This document shows positions 60,525-64,000 of a DNA stretch of 64,000 bases, piece after piece. The position numbers were made by a program, and so were the translations under genes. Source of the stretch: an uncultured delta proteobacterium (GTDB lineage: Bacteria > Myxococcota > Myxococcia > Myxococcales > Anaeromyxobacteraceae); NCBI GenBank assembly GCA_963766715.1, contig CAVYBH010000008.1:384001-448000 (forward strand). Reading direction: 5' to 3'. The stretch's first letter is position 1; every line of letters begins with the position of its first letter. Below the pieces are notes generated by a model that saw nothing but the letters and a program-made list of their open reading frames with translations, was not told where the DNA came from and ran no database searches.

Positions 60525-61453
60525 GTGCCAGGCGCAACGCCCCGGGTGATCCTGTCGTGGGCCCGCGACCGCGAGGGAGCGCGCGTCCACGTGGGCGAGC
60601 TCGACCCGCGGCGCCGGGGAGACCGCGCCCCGTTCACCTGCCCGGCCTGCGCGGACGTGCTCGTCCCGCACCTCGGACGCGTCCGGGCCCGCCACTTCGC
60701 CCACCGCCCGGGCTCCGCCTGCCCCCTGACCTCCCCCGAGACGGCGCTGCACCAGAACGCCAAGGAGCGGCTGGCCTGGCTGTGCGGGGAGGCCTTCGGG
60801 GGCCGGCGGCGGGTCGTCCTCTCGACGCGCTGCCCGGCCTGCCGGCGCCCCGCCCCCGTCGACCTCGCCTCCGCCGGGGACGGGGCGGAGCTCGAGGGGC
60901 CGGTCGGGTCCTGGCGGGCGGACGTCCTCGTCCGCCGAGGCGGGCGTCCCGTCGCTGGCCCTCGAGGTCCGGGTGGCTCACGCGGTCGGGGAGCGAGAAG
61001 GAGGAGGCGCTGGCCGGCCTGGGGGTCCCCGTGGCCGAGATCGACGCCACCACCTCCTGGGAGACCGAGGAGGCCGGGGTGACGCGGGTCGCCTGCGTGC
61101 GAAGCCTGGGGTTCCCCCCCTGCCCGGCCTGTGCGTCCACGGCGCTCGCCGACGCCGGGCGGTCGATCGGCGGGGAGGAGGCCGAGCTGGCCGAGCTGGA
61201 GGCCTACCGGGCCCGGGGCCTCCTGGGACCGCCGCCGGGCCGCCCGCATCCGGCGACGTGAGTCCTAAGCCACGAGGATCAAGGGATTCTGTCCGTGATG
61301 TTTCGCTGCCCGGCCTGTGGATCCTCGACCCTGGCCTTCGGCAGGAGGGTGGCCCGGCACGCCTGCCCGGGCGCGGCGCCGCGGGCGGTGGCCTGGCGGG
61401 GCTACGACGGCGAGCTCGTGCAGATGAGGTGGTGGCGGGCTTCCCGGGAGTAG
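60525..61453 (+). CDS. CoiA-like competence/PD-(D/E)xK nuclease protein; frameshifts near 60955 and 60990 plus in-frame TGA at 61259; start approximate
   Basis: CPAC...HFAHRP...C...ETALH..AK, WRADVL...ALEV; several CxxC motifs. Confidence 0.65.
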
Positions 61454-61519
61454 CGCATTCTCCCTGCGGTTCCGCGGCGTTGCGGGGCACGCTGCGTTGT
61501 GTTAGATCCCCCCCGTCGT

Positions 61520-61635
61520 AAATACGCACACTTCTCGGTCGGCTACCCCGGTCGCGAGCGTCGGGAGAAGGATGTTCCTTTTCTCCGGCCCTGCGAAGGC
61601 AGCCGGCACGCAACGAGGAGTGGAGGCCAACAACC
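61520..61635 (+). ncRNA. rpsB 5' leader (t44/S2 autoregulatory-like structured RNA)
   Basis: Closing stem CACTTCTCG/CGAGGAGTG followed by GAGGC, internal hairpin GGAGAAGGA/TCCTTTTCTCC; directly upstream of rpsB. Confidence 0.6.
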
Positions 61636-61645
61636 GGAGACGCAC

Positions 61646-62656
61646 ATGGAAACGCAGGATCCGCAGAACCCGTCCGTCGAGCCCGTCGAGCCCGTCGCTC
61701 CTCCCACCCCCGCCCCCGCCGCCGACACGATGGCCGGAGCGCTCCAGTCGAGCGGCTCTGCCATCACGATGAAGCAGCTGCTCGAGGCCGGCGTCCACTT
61801 CGGTCACCAGACCAAGCGCTGGAACCCGAAGATGAAGCCGTACATCTTCGGCGCCCGCAACGGCATCTACATCATCGACCTCCAGAAGACGGTCGGGCTG
61901 GCCCGCAGCGCCTTCCGCTTCGTGTCCGACTCGGTCGCCAAGGGCGGCACGGTGCTCTTCGTGGGCACGAAGAAGCAGGCCCAGGACGCCATCCGCGAGG
62001 AGGCCAGCCGCAGCGGGATGTACTACGTGACGAACCGCTGGCTGGGCGGCACCCTCACCAACTTCAAGACGGTGAAGACCGGCATCGACCGCCTGAAGAC
62101 CATCGAGAAGATGAAGGCCGACGGCACCTACGAGCGCCTCCCCAAGAAGGAGGTCGCCTCCCTCGAGCGCGAGCGCGAGAAGCTCGAGAAGAACCTGGGC
62201 GGCATCAAGGACATGACGCGGCTGCCGGCCGCCCTCTTCGTCATCGACACGAAGAAGGAGTACATCGCGGTGCACGAGGCCAACCGGCTCGGCATCCCGG
62301 TGGTCGCGGTGGTCGACACCAACTGCGATCCCGAGGGCATCGACTTCACCATCCCGGGCAACGACGACGCCATCCGCTCCATCCGGCTCTTCACCTCCAA
62401 GGTGGCCGAGTCCTGCATCGAGGGCAAGGCGCGCCACTCGGTGTGGGTCGCCGAGCACGGCGGCCGCGACGAGTCGACCGCCCAGGACGAGCGTGACGCC
62501 GCCAGCGAGCGCGGCGACAAGCGCGACCGCCGCGGCCCCCGCCGTGGCCCCCGCCGCGAGCCCCGCGAGGATCGCGGCGCCGCCAGCGCGAACGTCGAGG
62601 TGCTGCGCAAGGGCGAGGTCGTCGTCCCGACGACCGAGGAGCCTGCCGCCAAGTAG
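61646..62656 (+). CDS. rpsB: 30S ribosomal protein S2
   Basis: [45 protein letters not shown]. Confidence 0.97.
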   Translation: METQDPQNPSVEPVEPVAPPTPAPAADTMAGALQSSGSAITMKQLLEAGVHFGHQTKRWNPKMKPYIFGARNGIYIIDLQKTVGLARSAFRFVSDSVAKGGTVLFVGTKKQAQDAIREEASRSGMYYVTNRWLGGTLTNFKTVKTGIDRLKTIEKMKADGTYERLPKKEVASLEREREKLEKNLGGIKDMTRLPAALFVIDTKKEYIAVHEANRLGIPVVAVVDTNCDPEGIDFTIPGNDDAIRSIRLFTSKVAESCIEGKARHSVWVAEHGGRDESTAQDERDAASERGDKRDRRGPRRGPRREPREDRGAASANVEVLRKGEVVVPTTEEPAAK

Positions 62657-62680
62657 CCGGCGTCCGCCGACCGAATCTCC

Positions 62681-62716
62681 GGGGGCGGGCTCGAACAGGG
62701 CCCGCCCCCTCGTCTT
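62681..62716 (+). terminator. Hairpin/attenuator between rpsB and tsf
   Basis: gggggcgggc...gcccgccccc with a weak pyrimidine tail. Confidence 0.5.
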
Positions 62717-62743
62717 CCGAGAAACCGAAAGAGAGGAACACAA

Positions 62744-63400
62744 GTGGCAGAGATCAGCGCGAACGCCGTGAAGGAGCTCCGGGAGAAGACCGGGGCCGGG
62801 ATGATGGACTGCAAGAAGGCGCTGGCCGAGACGGCCGGCGACTTCGCCAAGGCCGAGGAGTTCCTGCGCAAGAAGGGGCTCGCCTCCGCCGCCAAGAAGG
62901 CGGGCCGGCTGGCCTCCGAGGGCGCGGTCGGCAGCTACGTCCACATGGGCGGCAAGATCGGCGTCCTCGTCGAGGTGAACAGCGAGACCGACTTCGTGGC
63001 CCGCACCGACGCCTTCCAGGCCCTGGTGAAGGACGTGGCGATGCACATCGCCGCGGCCGCCCCGCAGTACGTCCGGCGCGAGGAGGTTCCCGCCGAGATC
63101 GTGGCCAAGGAGCTCGAGATCGCCAAGGCCCAGTTCCAGGACCAGAAGAAGCCCGAGGCCATCATCGAGAAGATCGCCCAGGGCAAGGTCGACAAGTTCT
63201 TCAAGGAGGTCTGCCTGCTCGAGCAGCCCTTCGTGAAGGACGACAAGAAGTCGGTGCAGGAGATGATCAACGACCAGGTGGCCAAGATCGGCGAGAACAT
63301 CCAGATCCGCCGCTTCGCCCGCTTCGTCCTCGGCGAGGGGCTCGAGAAGAAGGCCGAGAACTACGCCGAAGAGGTCGCGAAGGTCGCCGGCCTGAAGTAG
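62744..63400 (+). CDS. tsf: Elongation factor Ts (short form)
   Basis: [48 protein letters not shown]. Confidence 0.97.
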   Translation: MAEISANAVKELREKTGAGMMDCKKALAETAGDFAKAEEFLRKKGLASAAKKAGRLASEGAVGSYVHMGGKIGVLVEVNSETDFVARTDAFQALVKDVAMHIAAAAPQYVRREEVPAEIVAKELEIAKAQFQDQKKPEAIIEKIAQGKVDKFFKEVCLLEQPFVKDDKKSVQEMINDQVAKIGENIQIRRFARFVLGEGLEKKAENYAEEVAKVAGLK

Positions 63401-63424
63401 TCGCCCACCGTTCCCGACGAACCG

Positions 63425-63463
63425 AGGCCCCGGCCCGCGCGAGCGGACCGGGGCCTTTCCTTT
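63425..63463 (+). terminator. Intrinsic terminator after tsf
   Basis: aggccccgg...ccggggcct followed by ttccttt. Confidence 0.7.
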
Positions 63464-63505
63464 GGCAGCCCGTCCACGGCTGCCCACCCGACGCGGGCTG
63501 CGGAC

Positions 63506-63540
63506 AAAAAGAGAGGAGCCGGCCCGGGGGCCGGCTCCTC
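63506..63540 (-). terminator. Intrinsic terminator of the convergent minus-strand gene
   Basis: 12-bp perfect stem gaggagccggcc/ggccggctcctc preceded by aaaaa (U-tract on the minus strand). Confidence 0.8.
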
Positions 63541-63567
63541 GATGCATCTCAATCTACGAACGGCTCG

Positions 63568-64000
63568 CTACGGCGCGGCCTTCGCGGGCGCGGGCGCCGG
63601 CGCCGGCGTCCACACGTCGGACGTCGATGAACGTCGCGTCCACGGGGAGCGAGTTGCCCTGCTGGTCTTCCACGGTCCCGGTCACCCGGTAGGTGGTGAG
63701 CGGCTGCAGCGCGCGGCGCCGCGGTCCCGGTGACGATCCGGTACTGGACCGTCATCGAGGAACCCCAGTTCAGGTTCGAGCTGCTCGGAACGTAGCAGAC
63801 GTTGACGAGCGCCTTGATGTCGACCGGCGCCGCGTCGAGGGGCCTCTGCTTGGTGACCGTGATGCCGTCGGCCCCGTCGCAGAGCGAGCCAGCCGTCGCG
63901 TTGGCGGCGAGCTTCTGGATCGTGGCGCCGTTCATCCCCTTGTTGAAGAGGATGCGCATCTGGTTGTACCGGTAGGTCCCCAGGATGGGGTTGTCGTTCA
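63568..64000 (-). CDS. C-terminal part of a probable secreted Ig-like domain protein; runs off the window; frameshifted
   Basis: RILFNK...LQPLTTYRVTGTVEDQQGNSL...ATF resembles Big_5-like strands. Confidence 0.45.

Overview
Very GC-rich chromosomal window, probably from an Anaeromyxobacter-like myxobacterium (inferred from gene content: TIGR04551-type outer-membrane protein, Ser/Thr kinase, and the argH-lipoprotein-lysA-dapA-dapB-FAH-folK order). It holds about 60 tightly packed, mostly housekeeping genes: Lys/Arg biosynthesis, transporters, tRNA modification (queF, gluQ, miaE, tgt), nadE, tkt, malQ, pepA, and translation or repair genes (frr, pyrH, pcnB, rnhB, mutM, rsmB, rpsB, tsf). I saw no rRNA, tRNA, CRISPR array, IS or prophage. 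Many genes carry single-base frameshifts, most likely long-read assembly errors, so several long ORFs in the supplied track are artefactual chimeras. Main findings: (1) a Cys-free BCP peroxiredoxin whose catalytic codon is an in-frame TGA followed by a SECIS-like hairpin, so probably a selenoprotein missed by the ORF track; (2) an in-frame fusion of Tgt to an MnmC-type methyltransferase, with altered tRNA-binding residues, a candidate for a new wobble-base modification; (3) an AAA ATPase/zinc-ribbon/DUF1257/DUF2997/radical SAM module of unknown function; (4) many apparently leaderless genes; (5) a sigma54 promoter in front of a small membrane protein. All calls come from reading the sequence by eye; no searches were run.
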